Of a DNA stretch of 39,457 nt, positions 9,277 through 17,935 are shown in pieces (positions within the stretch are counted from its first letter, which is position 1; each line of letters starts with the position of its first letter). Origin of the DNA: Candidatus Heimdallarchaeota archaeon (lineage in GTDB: Archaea > Asgardarchaeota > Heimdallarchaeia > Heimdallarchaeales > Heimdallarchaeaceae); assembly GCA_021399395.1 (NCBI GenBank), contig JAAFKJ010000156.1, positions 1 to 39,457 on the forward strand, in the 5' to 3' direction. The translations under genes were made by a program, and so were the position numbers. The notes below the pieces were generated by a model that saw nothing but the letters and a program-made list of their open reading frames with translations, was not told where the DNA came from and searched no databases.

Positions 9277-9425
9277 AATTTCCCTTCTGAAGAAGATTTT
9301 TGTTCACATTTTTCAAATGTTGGCGTTGTAAATGGTATTGTGCCAATATTACAAATAATTAATAAATCACTTAACACAGTATTCTTGGTTAAGACGATAT
9401 AACCTTAATCTACGAAGGCGAGAAT

Positions 9426-9605
9426 ATGGAAGAAATAAAACGAGAAGATTTACTCCGTCAACTTAATGAAAAATCGGATCCCTTACGAATTATCAATGAT
9501 GACGCTGTAGATTTCGTACTTTGGAAGCTGAATGAGATAAAACAAGAAATTGGATTGAGGTTAAAGAACCGAGAAGAAAAAACTGTTTTGAAAGATAGTG
9601 CTTGA
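9426..9605 (+). CDS. Small hypothetical protein (59 aa), possibly a degenerate histone fold
   Basis: Below the track cut-off: MEEIKREDLLRQLNEKSDPLRIINDDAVDFVLWKLNEIKQEIGLRLKNREEKTVLKDSA. Protein-like composition; TATA-like element about 25-30 nt upstream. Confidence 0.55.
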   Translation: MEEIKREDLLRQLNEKSDPLRIINDDAVDFVLWKLNEIKQEIGLRLKNREEKTVLKDSA

Positions 9606-9644
9606 GATATTCAAATTTATAAATAAGTACTAATTTTAGAGGTC

Positions 9645-10847
9645 ATGACTTCCTTAATGGAACCTATTGAATATATTTGTGAGAATTTTGGTCCAAGAAT
9701 TACAGGAACAGAAGCTGATCATAAAACATGTGATTACATAGAAGAGAAGTTCAAAACTTACACATCTAATGTAGAAACAGAAACCTTCCCTGTGGTTGGT
9801 AGGGCATTACAGAATCTAACTCTCTTTCTTGTCTGGGGTTATTGCATTTCAGTAGTAAGCTACTTCTTTCTCGCACCTTTAGCTATAGTTCTAGCAACAC
9901 TTATGCTGTTGGTTTATTATCTTGCTCGATTTAAAGATAAGAATCTAGTTAATCTATTGGTAAAAAAGGATGAAACGAAGAATATCATAGCTCAGTTTGA
10001 TGCTACAGAAGAGAAGAAAACTACTTTGATTTTTAGTGGCCATCATGACTCAGCTTTTCATATGCCTTTATTTGAAAAAAATGTAAAACAAATAGCATTT
10101 ATACAAAACTCTGCAATCTTTGGTATCGGAATGTTAGTAATAGCTAGTATTTGGAAGTCTATCTATTTCATACCTCAAATTAATCCTCCATTGTTCTTAT
10201 TTTCATATAATCTAGGATCTCTTACAGTCAGTTGGTATATTTTTCCAGATGTCATCTTTATCTTGGCTTTGATTGGATTGGTCTTTGGGTTTTACTTCTT
10301 GAAGAACATGGTAACCAAAACACCAGTGTTTGGAGCAAACGATAATCTAACTTCAGTCAGTATGCTTTTCGGATTAGGTGAGTATTTGAAGAAGAACCCT
10401 CCAAAGAATGTAGAGATTAGATTGATTTCATTTGGTGCAGAAGAACCAGGTTTAGTTGGTAGTAAATTCTATGTGGATAAAAGAGTTCAAGAATTAGAAA
10501 ATACTGTGAATATAAATTTTGAAACACTTGGAAGTGGTACATTAGGGATTCTCCTAAAAGAAAAGGATAACAATGTACAGCATGATGCTGCTTTTGTATC
10601 CCATATTCAAGAAATCGGAAGAAAACATGGTTTCGACCTACCCTCAAAAATGATACATTTTGGTAACACTGATGCGGGAAGTTTTACTAAAAAGAAGATT
10701 CCTGCTACAACTATATTCTGTTATGGGGAAGATGATGTTTTTGACTTATGGCATTCTACAAGAGATGTTTTTGAAAATCTAGATGGAAAATTATTGCAGA
10801 AAGCTTTTGATTTAACAATAAAAATAATTGAAGAATATGATCAATAA
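9645..10847 (+). CDS. M28 family metallopeptidase with membrane insertions
   Basis: GPRITGTEAD, SGHHDS, GANDNLTS, FGAEEPGLVGS, GNTDAGSF, WHSTRD; hydrophobic hairpins inserted. Confidence 0.9.
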   Translation: MTSLMEPIEYICENFGPRITGTEADHKTCDYIEEKFKTYTSNVETETFPVVGRALQNLTLFLVWGYCISVVSYFFLAPLAIVLATLMLLVYYLARFKDKNLVNLLVKKDETKNIIAQFDATEEKKTTLIFSGHHDSAFHMPLFEKNVKQIAFIQNSAIFGIGMLVIASIWKSIYFIPQINPPLFLFSYNLGSLTVSWYIFPDVIFILALIGLVFGFYFLKNMVTKTPVFGANDNLTSVSMLFGLGEYLKKNPPKNVEIRLISFGAEEPGLVGSKFYVDKRVQELENTVNINFETLGSGTLGILLKEKDNNVQHDAAFVSHIQEIGRKHGFDLPSKMIHFGNTDAGSFTKKKIPATTIFCYGEDDVFDLWHSTRDVFENLDGKLLQKAFDLTIKIIEEYDQ

Positions 10848-10855
10848 GGATCATC

Positions 10856-11923
10856 CTAATTCTTCTTTTTTATTTTGAATAATTCCTTTTCCTTTATTAC
10901 TTGAACAAGTTTTTTTAATAGAAATAATAGGACTTCAACTACGATAAAGATACCATAAATATATCCTAGAAGCGTTCCAAAAAGTGCTCCGAGTATGCCA
11001 CTCGCATACATATCATCGAATAATTCTCCAATTTTTATCAAAGGATAGAAAGCAATGTAAGTGGGATTGATTACATGTTCAATAGGGTAGGGGGATGGAA
11101 TACCAGTAAAGATGAAACCAGTTTGTCTAGCCTTTATTTCATTGAAAATCGCTTCTTCTGTAAATTCGGTTGCATTAAGCGTAGTCCAACAATAAACTGG
11201 TTCAGGAGCATGCATATCTGTACCAGTAATCATTCCCAAACCATTGTCTAAACAGAAATAGTAAGACTCATTGTCGTAAGTATTCCAATTAACAACTTCA
11301 ATATAATCAATACCCCAATCAAACAATTGTTGACGAGAAGGGTGATTGGTAGTGTAATCTTGTGACCATGGAATATGATTGACAGTAACAACGCCACCTA
11401 AATCGTGAGTAGCTTGAATGAAATCCTGTATTTCCTCATCTGTGGGAGTGTAAGTATAAGCTTCAAAGGTGATCAATGTCTCATATTGTACCTGAGTAAC
11501 ATCGGGAGGTAAAATTATGTTCATATGGATTCTGTCAGTGGTCCACTCAAGACCTGTAAGTACTTTGATGGTATCATTGAATTCTTCTCTCGCAATTAGT
11601 TTGATTTCTTCAACATTATCAAATGTATTATGGTCAGTCAGAACCATAGCATTAAAACCCATAGAGATGTGCCATAAAATATTCTGTCTGGGGGTCAAAA
11701 ATCCGTCAGAAGCAAGAGTGTGAGAATGAGGATCTAAGAGGATGTTCCAATTAGAATGATTATATTCGGGAACATAACTAAAATCATCCCAGTCAGAATC
11801 AGTGTACTTGTATTTAGGATGGCCGGTAAAAGCAAAAGGAATAGAAACACCAATTATTAACCAGGTTAGAAGATTGAGGATAAGAAAGTGCTTGAGATAT
11901 TTCATCAAAGTGGACTTTTTCAT
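10856..11923 (-). CDS. Membrane-anchored PHP-domain (metal-dependent phosphoesterase) protein
   Basis: DPHSHTLASDG, LTDHN, GLEWT, H-M-N, NHIPW, GTDMH; N- and C-terminal TM helices. The true start must be ATG 11923 or later, because the track's longer N-terminus overlaps the tRNA. Confidence 0.88.
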   Translation of the reverse strand: MKKSTLMKYLKHFLILNLLTWLIIGVSIPFAFTGHPKYKYTDSDWDDFSYVPEYNHSNWNILLDPHSHTLASDGFLTPRQNILWHISMGFNAMVLTDHNTFDNVEEIKLIAREEFNDTIKVLTGLEWTTDRIHMNIILPPDVTQVQYETLITFEAYTYTPTDEEIQDFIQATHDLGGVVTVNHIPWSQDYTTNHPSRQQLFDWGIDYIEVVNWNTYDNESYYFCLDNGLGMITGTDMHAPEPVYCWTTLNATEFTEEAIFNEIKARQTGFIFTGIPSPYPIEHVINPTYIAFYPLIKIGELFDDMYASGILGALFGTLLGYIYGIFIVVEVLLFLLKKLVQVIKEKELFKIKKKN

Positions 11924-11964
11924 TAAAATCAAATTTCTGGTAGTTGAGGATTGTAAAAAAGTTT

Positions 11965-12106
11965 TGGTAGCGCCGACTAGACTTGAACTAGTGATCTTCG
12001 GGTTTTTCACTTCAGAACACGCAAATTCTGAAGATATGAGCCCGACGGGTTTTCCATGCTTAGGGATCATATGGAAAAACATCCATATAACTTACCCCAC
12101 GGCGCT
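11965..12106 (-). tRNA. Initiator tRNA-Met(CAT) with two introns (D-loop 14/15: 12092-12060, 33 nt; canonical 37/38: 12034-12004, 31 nt) and encoded CCA
   Basis: Spliced product AGCGCCG-UG-GGGU-AGCAUGGAAA-ACCC-G-UCGGG-CUCAUAA-CCCGA-AGAUC-ACUAG-UUCAAGU-CUAGU-CGGCGCU-A-CCA (78 nt). A1-U72 and the GGG/CCC anticodon stem are initiator hallmarks. Both introns form hairpins with BHB-like junctions. TATA-like TTTAAAAA lies about 30 nt upstream. Confidence 0.92.
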
Positions 12107-12239
12107 ATCTCTATGGCAATTCTTTTGTTATTATTCTTTTAAATCTTTGTTTTGGGTAGAACTCTTTCTTAGCTGAGTTTAACGAAAAATATCCTTTTTG
12201 TTTGTTTAGCGTAGAATTTAATTACTTTTCAACGAATAT

Positions 12240-13583
12240 TTAGTTTGTTTGTATTTTGACTTCTATCCCTTTCTTAACTAAATTTCTAAAAAAAATTCTT
12301 TCAAAAACCGGTTCTTCAATTATCCTTCCAAAGTTAATGATTAATTTATCTTTGTAGCTTACCATCGCGGTTCCAACTTTATTCACTGGTACTTGCGCAG
12401 GAACGAATTCAAACTCTTCAATATATTCTTCCAGCTCCTCAGGAACTGTTATTTTTCCCAAGTTTGTTAGAACTGTAGAGTAGAGAGTTGTTCCTATCCT
12501 AAAATACCCTTTTTGACCAAAAAACTTCTTTACCATCAAAGGAGTCAAGCGCAAGAACAACATGTTTTCATTTTCTACATTCTTATGAATGTGTGTCATG
12601 AAATACTTTGGATTAACTTCTTTTTTCATATAATGGTGAACTTGCTTAACTATCTCCTCAAACGAATAGTAACCCAATCTGGGATCTATTCCTGGAGTTA
12701 CATAAAGTGAAAAATTTCTCATTGTTTTGGAGGGGTAAATATTCCGTAAGTTCACTGGAATCATTACTCGAATAGGACGAATATGTTTCCTCCTCAGATT
12801 TTCTGGAAAACTAAAAACTAATTCATGCAACGATTCAATAAGAATTGCTGCAATATACTCTGTTAAACTTATTTTGAGTTCTTTTGCTTTTTCTAGTACT
12901 TGCTTAACTGGCATTATTCCTTTAGTAATATGATATTTACCAATTTTCATCCTTTTGAAAGGTAGTCGGAATGCTTTGGCATCTAATTTACGGCTTACTT
13001 TGATTTTCTTATCGAATCTTCTGTATGCATCCTCATATTCCTCAAGAATTGGGGTTTGATCAGGTCTGAGTATGTCTTTCCAGTCTTTAACCTTGACTCC
13101 TTTGAGACTAAGATATTCTCCTAATAATGCTTTTAGGAACGTTTTACCTCCTGTACCATCAGTTAAACAGTGATGAAATTCAACAGCAATTCTTCTTTTG
13201 TAAACCTTCACGCGGAAAGGGAATACACCCTTCTGAGTTATAGGCATGAATTCATTGGGATATTTTGTATCCCTCATAATCTTAGGAAATGACATATTAG
13301 TTTCCCAAAAATGCCAAAAAAATCCTGTTTTCAGGTTAATTCTAAAAAATGGGAAGCGAACTATTATCCGATTAAGAGCTCTCTGTAAAATAGTTGTATT
13401 AATTGGTTCTTTTAGGGTTACTGCCAATCGAAAAACTTGAGGTACTCTTGGAGAAGCAATTAAACTGAATCCAGTGGCTGCATTTTCTAGTCGATGCCAC
13501 TCTTCATCTCTCTCACTCATTCCTATTTGTAAATTATTTTCTGTAGCTGAGGAGTGACTAGAGGATGTTGTATTTCCTATCAC
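12240..13583 (-). CDS. CoA-dependent acyltransferase (alcohol acetyltransferase / condensation-domain fold)
   Basis: W-x-RLENAA, HHxxxDG motif (FHHCLTDGTGG), MIPVNLRNIYPSKTMRNFS, TNLG. Confidence 0.85.
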   Translation of the reverse strand: MIGNTTSSSHSSATENNLQIGMSERDEEWHRLENAATGFSLIASPRVPQVFRLAVTLKEPINTTILQRALNRIIVRFPFFRINLKTGFFWHFWETNMSFPKIMRDTKYPNEFMPITQKGVFPFRVKVYKRRIAVEFHHCLTDGTGGKTFLKALLGEYLSLKGVKVKDWKDILRPDQTPILEEYEDAYRRFDKKIKVSRKLDAKAFRLPFKRMKIGKYHITKGIMPVKQVLEKAKELKISLTEYIAAILIESLHELVFSFPENLRRKHIRPIRVMIPVNLRNIYPSKTMRNFSLYVTPGIDPRLGYYSFEEIVKQVHHYMKKEVNPKYFMTHIHKNVENENMLFLRLTPLMVKKFFGQKGYFRIGTTLYSTVLTNLGKITVPEELEEYIEEFEFVPAQVPVNKVGTAMVSYKDKLIINFGRIIEEPVFERIFFRNLVKKGIEVKIQTN

Positions 13584-13604
13584 CTATTTTCAACTCTTCT
13601 TCTT

Positions 13605-14357
13605 CTAAATTCTTAATCTCTTCCTTATCCCAGCAACTTTTTGTAAATCTACAACCCGTGCAATCCTATAATGCACGTATAATAAGAACCCTCCAACTAG
13701 AGTTAATGGGATAGCTACATAAAGAGACCAAGCTAGTGCTAATTCACCTGCTAAAAAGCTCACAATTGTAAGATCAAGACCTAAATTTAGTAAAGCAATA
13801 CCGAACAGAACATAAGCGGCAGTGTTGAACCCTTTCTTTTTCGATTTCATTGAAATTAGAACCACTAGACTAACAATTATTGAAGTAAGTCCAATAATAG
13901 GAAAAGCTAATCTATATAGCCAATCAAATGTCCAGTTATCAAAAAGATCTATTAGTGTTAGGAACACCATTAGAGAAAGAACTTCACCTACAACTATCAA
14001 AATAGGTCTGTCTGATAAAAACAATGGAAAAGTTGCTAACGCCCAAGCTAGAAACAAAGCGGCCATAGGAAACTTTGCCCAAACTAGTCTTGCGTTGTGA
14101 TCAATTATTATGTTTATGATCATTACAATTAGAAATGGTACAGCTAGTGATACACTTACTATCTCCCATGCTACCAATCGCTTTTGTTTTCTATCCATCT
14201 TGGTTTCAAGTAATGATTCTACTTCTTGAGGATAATCTTGAATATCTTTGTCTATTAGTTCTCCATTTTTTTGTATTGAAGATAAACACAATGGACAATT
14301 TACCACTGCTGAATCAACTTCAACACCGCAATTAATACAATATGCCATTTCATTCAC
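13605..14357 (-). CDS. Zinc-ribbon membrane protein (recalled as DUF6320-like), co-oriented with the acyltransferase
   Basis: N-terminal YCINCGVEV...CPLC followed by ~6 TM helices. The family name is from memory and unverified. Confidence 0.75.
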   Translation of the reverse strand: MNEMAYCINCGVEVDSAVVNCPLCLSSIQKNGELIDKDIQDYPQEVESLLETKMDRKQKRLVAWEIVSVSLAVPFLIVMIINIIIDHNARLVWAKFPMAALFLAWALATFPLFLSDRPILIVVGEVLSLMVFLTLIDLFDNWTFDWLYRLAFPIIGLTSIIVSLVVLISMKSKKKGFNTAAYVLFGIALLNLGLDLTIVSFLAGELALAWSLYVAIPLTLVGGFLLYVHYRIARVVDLQKVAGIRKRLRI

Positions 14358-14567
14358 TAGTACTTACTTTATTCTGCTACAATCCAGACAACTACCACTC
14401 TTTAAATAATGTTTCCTCGAAACGAAGAGCTGTTTGTAATTTCGTTATTAATGAACTACTTTTAAACATCTTTTACATGCAGAAGATTGAGAATCATACA
14501 AAAAAACAGCGTAAAGATTTCTGTTTTATGGAAAACTTCATAACTTTTTAAGAGTTACTTATATTGA

Positions 14568-15407
14568 ATGTTAGTTGAATCAGATAAATCTCGTTATGTA
14601 CACAAAGTAAGAGCAAGAATCTCTACTATTGTTCTCTTACTAATAATCGATGCTATTGTGTACTATGTTCCTTATCGGAATGAAGTCTATATTGGAGATT
14701 TATTTGGTCTATCCTTGTGGCTCTACTTTGGGATCTTGAATGGCATACTTATGATACTCGTTTATGTATTCGTTAAAGGTGAAGTTGTTTTTGATTTTTC
14801 TACTAAACAGATTTCTTTTAGCGAATTTAAGAAAAGCAATTCTTGGGAATTTGCTGATCTTTGGGGAATCTATTTTCTAGCTTATGATGGAGACTATTTG
14901 ATTAGGATTAGAACACATAGATTACGAACTCTCGATGTTCGAATGAAATTTGAAGAAGCATACCATATAGTAGATGAATTCAAAAAGGCTGGTATTAACC
15001 TTACAACTATTAGACCCGATCCTCCAAAACGTCTTTCAAAATCATTTCCTCTCCTCTTATCCAGATATGAGAAGAAGAAAATTAAAGAATTCAATCCTGA
15101 GATACTTGACTGGTATCGAGGAATAACCCTGAAAACCAAGCTCATCTCTATCACCTTAGCTCCTTTCCTTTACGTACTAGGTGCTACATTGATAGTACGA
15201 ATCCCCTTTCTTCTAGCAGGTTTAACTACTACTAAGGGAATTGTTTCGTTTATTTATGGACTAACTGTGTTCATTCTGTTTGATGGAGGTCTGTATCTCT
15301 TATTTGGTATTTCTGTATTTGTTTTAATTGCCAAACAGATATCAAAATTTTCTTCTCACCCTCAATCTAAAGAAAATCCCGATGTAACTAAAGAAGAGCA
15401 AAGTTAA
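14568..15407 (+). CDS. Hypothetical membrane protein
   Basis: 279 aa: two TM, a soluble domain, two TM. Confidence 0.7.
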   Translation: MLVESDKSRYVHKVRARISTIVLLLIIDAIVYYVPYRNEVYIGDLFGLSLWLYFGILNGILMILVYVFVKGEVVFDFSTKQISFSEFKKSNSWEFADLWGIYFLAYDGDYLIRIRTHRLRTLDVRMKFEEAYHIVDEFKKAGINLTTIRPDPPKRLSKSFPLLLSRYEKKKIKEFNPEILDWYRGITLKTKLISITLAPFLYVLGATLIVRIPFLLAGLTTTKGIVSFIYGLTVFILFDGGLYLLFGISVFVLIAKQISKFSSHPQSKENPDVTKEEQS

Positions 15408-15431
15408 TTTATACAATGGAAATGTTTTACC

Positions 15432-15986
15432 ATGCATGAATTCTCAGGTTTTATTGGATCTTGCGCAAGAACACTCGAGAGAAACTCTTCTAGTGAAATT
15501 TATTATCTCCTAACAGAAATCTTGGATTGTAAAGATGTCTCTGTTTCTCCAATAACAGCTATTGCTGGTTTAACCCTTACTTCTTTTGATGAAGACTCTT
15601 TGATAATAATTGATAGAATTCAAAAAGAAATTGAAGAAGACAACTCAGTTTTGCAATTTACTCTCAAACTTGTACCTATCCAATATCGAATACCTTCTTC
15701 ATTAGAAGGTTTGAAAGAATTTTCTTCCTTCTTTGCAGATCAAATACAAGAGGACGATACTTGGAAAATTAACTTGCGCCGTCGTCACTCAGCATTAGAA
15801 CGGGAAGATATAATTACAACCCTTGCTTCAGAGATTAGTAAAGGTAAAGTTTCGCTTGAGAATCCAAAGTATTATCTGATCGTTGAAGTTGTAGGAAAAT
15901 GGACCTATCTAGCATTATCCACTATACCTGAATTAGCTCTTTCTAAATATATTGAATTAGAAAACATAGATGATTTCAGGTTCTGA
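15432..15986 (+). CDS. THUMP domain RNA-binding protein (Tan1-like)
   Basis: LKLVPIQ, TWKINLRRRHS..REDII..LA..I..GKVSLENPKYYLIVEVVGKWTYLAL. Confidence 0.85.
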   Translation: MHEFSGFIGSCARTLERNSSSEIYYLLTEILDCKDVSVSPITAIAGLTLTSFDEDSLIIIDRIQKEIEEDNSVLQFTLKLVPIQYRIPSSLEGLKEFSSFFADQIQEDDTWKINLRRRHSALEREDIITTLASEISKGKVSLENPKYYLIVEVVGKWTYLALSTIPELALSKYIELENIDDFRF

Positions 15987-15989
15987 TGT

Positions 15990-16019
15990 TTTTAGAAAGA
16001 AAAAATAAAAAAAGAAAGA
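15990..16019 (-). terminator. Oligo-U archaeal terminator downstream of the histone gene
   Basis: Minus strand reads TCTTTCTTTTTTTATTTTTTCTTTCT. Confidence 0.55.
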
Positions 16020-16059
16020 TTAAAACTTTCGTTTAGCTCTTTTTAGGTCTCTGGCTAAT

Positions 16060-16230
16060 TTAAAGGTCTCTTGCGGAAACTGTTTTTCTTCCATTTGCTT
16101 TAGCTCTACCAGCTGCTTTCTTAACTAGAACAGCTATCTTTTCATCTAAAGCTTTTAGAAGATCTCCACCAACCTTGTAATCGCCGAGTTCTTTGACATA
16201 ATCTCTGATTTTTGATTGAACAATCATCAT
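16060..16230 (-). CDS. Short prokaryotic histone, alpha3-truncated (face-to-face / bacterial-dimer type), 56 aa
   Basis: Below the track cut-off: MMIVQSKIRDYVKELGDYKVGGDLLKALDEKIAVLVKKAAGRAKANGRKTVSARDL. Has the RAxANGRKTVxARD histone L2 motif and its own BRE/TATA (CGAAAAGGTTTTTAATA, ~16297-16313 on the minus strand). Confidence 0.9.
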   Translation of the reverse strand: MMIVQSKIRDYVKELGDYKVGGDLLKALDEKIAVLVKKAAGRAKANGRKTVSARDL

Positions 16231-16532
16231 TTTACTCGTACTTCTGTCGGTTTTTACTTGCCTAGGGGGCTAGTATGTTAATAACTTGCTTCCCCCTATT
16301 AAAAACCTTTTCGGTAATGTCGAGAAATTTTCGTATTACACACTCTCTAATTGAAGAATTCGTTAAAAAATATTTTTTTACGTCGTAAAAATGCAGTTTT
16401 TTGGCTTTAGAAGGTATTTCGCTCTGAAAGTGCCACAATGTGTTGTTTCTGGCTGTATTATAAAACTTTAAAAGCAACCTAAAAGGTTGCACTAATTTGC
16501 AATAAAAGTATGAAAAAAAGACGATTTTTACT

Positions 16533-17810
16533 CTATAAATTTTCCTTGAGTAAATTACCTAGTTTTCTTACACCTACATCAATCAAATCCGGTGGTAAAA
16601 ATGAATATCCTATTCGCATACCCCCGGTGATAACTTTCAAGGGTTCAATCTCTCTTGCTTCTGGATCATAAGAGTGCCCAGTTGGTGGATAGAAAGCTGC
16701 ACCAGGTACAACTAGAACGTCATTTGGATGAAGAATCTCTTGATTGAATTTTCTTACATCAAATGTATAAGCTTGCTCTCCTTTAGGTTGCCACCAGATA
16801 AAAAATCCACCAGTTGGATTGGTGAAATCTCCCTCTGGAAAAGTTTCAAGAAGAGCTTGGTATGCAGCGTCTTTCTGATCTTTGTATTTTTGAACTATGA
16901 TTGGTAATTGTTCATCAATATATTTGCCATAATAAATTTCAGCAATTCTTTGAGTAATTGTGGGAGTACATAAATCGATATAACCCTTGGATTTTTCTGC
17001 TTCAGAATGTAAGAAATCAGGAAATAAAGAATATCCCAATCTTAATGGAGCTGCTTCTTTAGATGTAGAAGAAGTATAAATGACTCTGCTATTGTCTTTG
17101 TCCAATGTTTTCATCGATGGTCTTTTTTGTTCAAATTGTATTTCTTTGTAAGCTGAATCAGCAATGACTATCACATCATGTTGCTCAGCAATATTGAACA
17201 ATTGCTCCCTTCTCTTTATGGGTAGGGTGGTTCCTTTTGGATTATCACTATCTTCAACAACATAGAGGATTTTTACTTTTTTCCCAAATTCTTTCTCAGC
17301 TTTGATTATTGTGTCCTCAACATATTCTGGAATCAAACCATCTGCGTCAGTTGGAGCTGTAACCACATGACCGCCTACTTTGACAACAGTAGTAACAAAC
17401 CCTAAGTAAGCCGGAGAAGGAGTAACGACTATGTCGCCAGGATTTATCAAAGTATCAAGTGCTAGGTAGACGGCTTGTTGAGAACCTGTAGTTATCAATA
17501 TTTTTTCCCAATCTTCTGCTCCACTTATGATATCGATGCCATCTCTTCTATGAATTCTTTCAGCTAAAACTTTACGAAAACCAGGGTCACCTGCGGTTTG
17601 ACCATATTGAAACTCATTGATAACATTTTGAGAATCTGAGTCATAATAGTCTGCTAATTCTCTTAAAATTTCAGGAAATATTTTAGTTGGAAGATTTCCT
17701 GGTAACCCACCAGCTAGGTAGTATTTTGTCTTATTTTTTAAAAGTCTTCGAATTTCGCTCTCAGGGACTTCTCGTGTCCAGTCTGCTAGAACTTCTCTTA
17801 TCGGATCCAT
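16533..17810 (-). CDS. PLP-dependent aminotransferase, class I/II (LysN/AAT-like)
   Basis: SEIRRLL, LAGGLP, QYG, ITTGSQQA, DNPKGTTL, ADSAY, SSTSKEAAPLRLGY, PTGGFF. Confidence 0.9.
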   Translation of the reverse strand: MDPIREVLADWTREVPESEIRRLLKNKTKYYLAGGLPGNLPTKIFPEILRELADYYDSDSQNVINEFQYGQTAGDPGFRKVLAERIHRRDGIDIISGAEDWEKILITTGSQQAVYLALDTLINPGDIVVTPSPAYLGFVTTVVKVGGHVVTAPTDADGLIPEYVEDTIIKAEKEFGKKVKILYVVEDSDNPKGTTLPIKRREQLFNIAEQHDVIVIADSAYKEIQFEQKRPSMKTLDKDNSRVIYTSSTSKEAAPLRLGYSLFPDFLHSEAEKSKGYIDLCTPTITQRIAEIYYGKYIDEQLPIIVQKYKDQKDAAYQALLETFPEGDFTNPTGGFFIWWQPKGEQAYTFDVRKFNQEILHPNDVLVVPGAAFYPPTGHSYDPEAREIEPLKVITGGMRIGYSFLPPDLIDVGVRKLGNLLKENL

Positions 17811-17935
17811 TTTAACACATCACTTAAATACGTATTCTAAAACTGTATTTTTCTAATTTAGTTTATCTAAAAAACTTTCCCTACCGCTATGTTAACTTGA
17901 GTTAAATTTTTCAATTACCACAACTTTATGAAACC

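Noticed and set aside
9260-9379. 39-codon GTG-start minus-strand ORF (VLSDLLIICNIG...)
   Set aside because: Too short, no SD or motif, and overlaps the GC-rich stem; cannot be supported.
11924-12082. N-terminal extension of the 408 aa PHP ORF
   Set aside because: It runs through the intron-containing tRNA-Met; the real start is ATG 11923 or later.
16035-16050. AGCTCTTTTTAGGTCT, resembling the metazoan histone mRNA 3' stem-loop
   Set aside because: The resemblance is on the non-coding strand and pairing on the mRNA strand is poor.
16262-16492. 76 aa minus-strand ORF
   Set aside because: Overlaps the histone promoter and has no recognisable features; probably non-coding.
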